The position numbers and the translations under genes are program-made. A model generated the notes under the pieces. That model did no database searches and was not told where the DNA came from. It saw nothing but the letters and a program-made list of their open reading frames with translations. From the NCBI GenBank assembly GCA_043228905.1, contig JBHGNT010000017.1, forward strand, positions 18,786,001 to 18,850,000: a DNA stretch of 64,000 nt, in the 5' to 3' direction. This stretch comes from Azolla caroliniana (lineage: Eukaryota > Plantae > Polypodiophyta). Positions 63,071 to 64,000 of this stretch are shown here, one piece after another (positions within the stretch are counted from its first letter, which is position 1; each line of letters begins with the position of its first letter).

Positions 63071-64000
63071 AAATCGGACACCCAGGATGTTCCTTGGACA
63101 ATAGACTTGGATAGTTCGAACTTAGGCTTTAGTCTCTCTGAACTTAGCCAATCCTGCCTTCTGCTCTTCGGAGTTCACCGATTCAAACGAATTCTCGATT
63201 ATTTAGAAACCTTATATCAATTTGTATTGTACATTCATTTCAATTTACAAATTTCAGATGTATACGCCCATTATAGGGGAGTGTTGAATACGGGCTTCTA
63301 ATGGACGTATTCACACCATCTCCTTTGTACACACTAGGCTTAGGCTACTTAAGTAAATAGTGAGAAGGGCAATTGCCCTAAGTCAGTAAGTAGATAAACT
63401 GACTTTGTAACCTAGTTATACAGGGGTTGTTCCTTGTGGCTATTGCAATATATTGCGACATGTGCCTAACTGTTTCTCTCTCTCTAATGCACAAATTGCA
63501 TTCCTGTTTTTCTGTCTATGTTGCCATCAATCCATTATGATCTTGTATCTACTTATGATCTTCCACTAGAGGACTATTGATCTTGTTTTGCATTAGATGA
63601 TGGTGCTCCCAACATCTCGGTCATAGTACAACCCTTGATTGAGCTTACTCGTAAAGGGATGGCGTTTCAATGGACTCCATCTACTCACCACACTTTCGAC
63701 CTACTCAAGGAATTTTTTACAAATGCTCTAGTCCTCCTTCACGTCGACCCCACTAAGCCTTTTCAAGTTGAAACAGATGTATCTAACTTTGCCATTGGTG
63801 CCATCTTATCCCAAACAGATAATGATGGCATCCTACGTTTGGTGGTGAACTACTCCTGAAAATTCACAGCTCCAGAAATCAACTACCCCATCTACGACAA
63901 GGAGCTTGCTATGATAGTTGTAGCTTTCACAGAGTTGAGACCTTACTTGGTTGGGGTGCAACATCGGGTTCGGGTAATAACCAATCATAAACATTTATTG

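Larger units (their letters stand above)
52373..63614 (+). mobile_element. Ty1/copia C (same family as A), decayed, hosting copia D and a solo LTR
   Basis: LTRs 52373-52709 and 63282-63614; TSD TCTCC/TCTCG; PBS TGGTATCAGAGC 52712-52723; gag MSSTSGSSEMSLRKFDG at 58614, nearly identical to the copia A start. Confidence 0.94.
50424..64000 (+). mobile_element. Degraded Ty3/gypsy of Tcn1/Tf2-like chromovirus type, split by copia C; continues beyond the window
   Basis: Putative LTR from 50424; gag EPNVSLPDKFDGTRAQFRG; RT YLDDILVFS, YAKREKCEF, DVQSFLGFANFYR up to 52372; RNase H resumes at 63615 (PFQVETDVSNFAIGAILSQ, NYPIYDKEL). Confidence 0.85.

Overview
Plant nuclear DNA, by inference probably a fern or other seed-free land plant (spliceosomal genes, Tork-like copia elements, a Tcn1/Tf2-like gypsy, abundant CT/GT microsatellites). 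A gene island at ~22.9-44.1 kb lies between two retrotransposon nests. Genes: 3' end of a class III peroxidase; HD2/HDT histone deacetylase with a U12 AT-AC intron; plastid FKBP17-type immunophilin; a 6-exon zinc MDR dehydrogenase resembling the bacterial TM0436/CamD-like family (HGT candidate); LTV1; a GH17+X8 beta-1,3-glucanase. Mobile DNA: four full-length Ty1/copia elements with TSDs (one very young, with a single stop codon), a non-autonomous gypsy, a Tcn1-like gypsy hosting nested copias, two solo LTRs, LINE fragments and hAT-like MITEs. Most notable: the candidate bacterial-origin dehydrogenase, an apparent capsid swap between two copias with closely similar pol, LTR promoters built from stacked hairpins with a covarying stem around the TATA box, a duplicated H/ACA-like intronic unit and a 25-nt 25S rDNA fragment. 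Everything was read by eye; no database searches were run.
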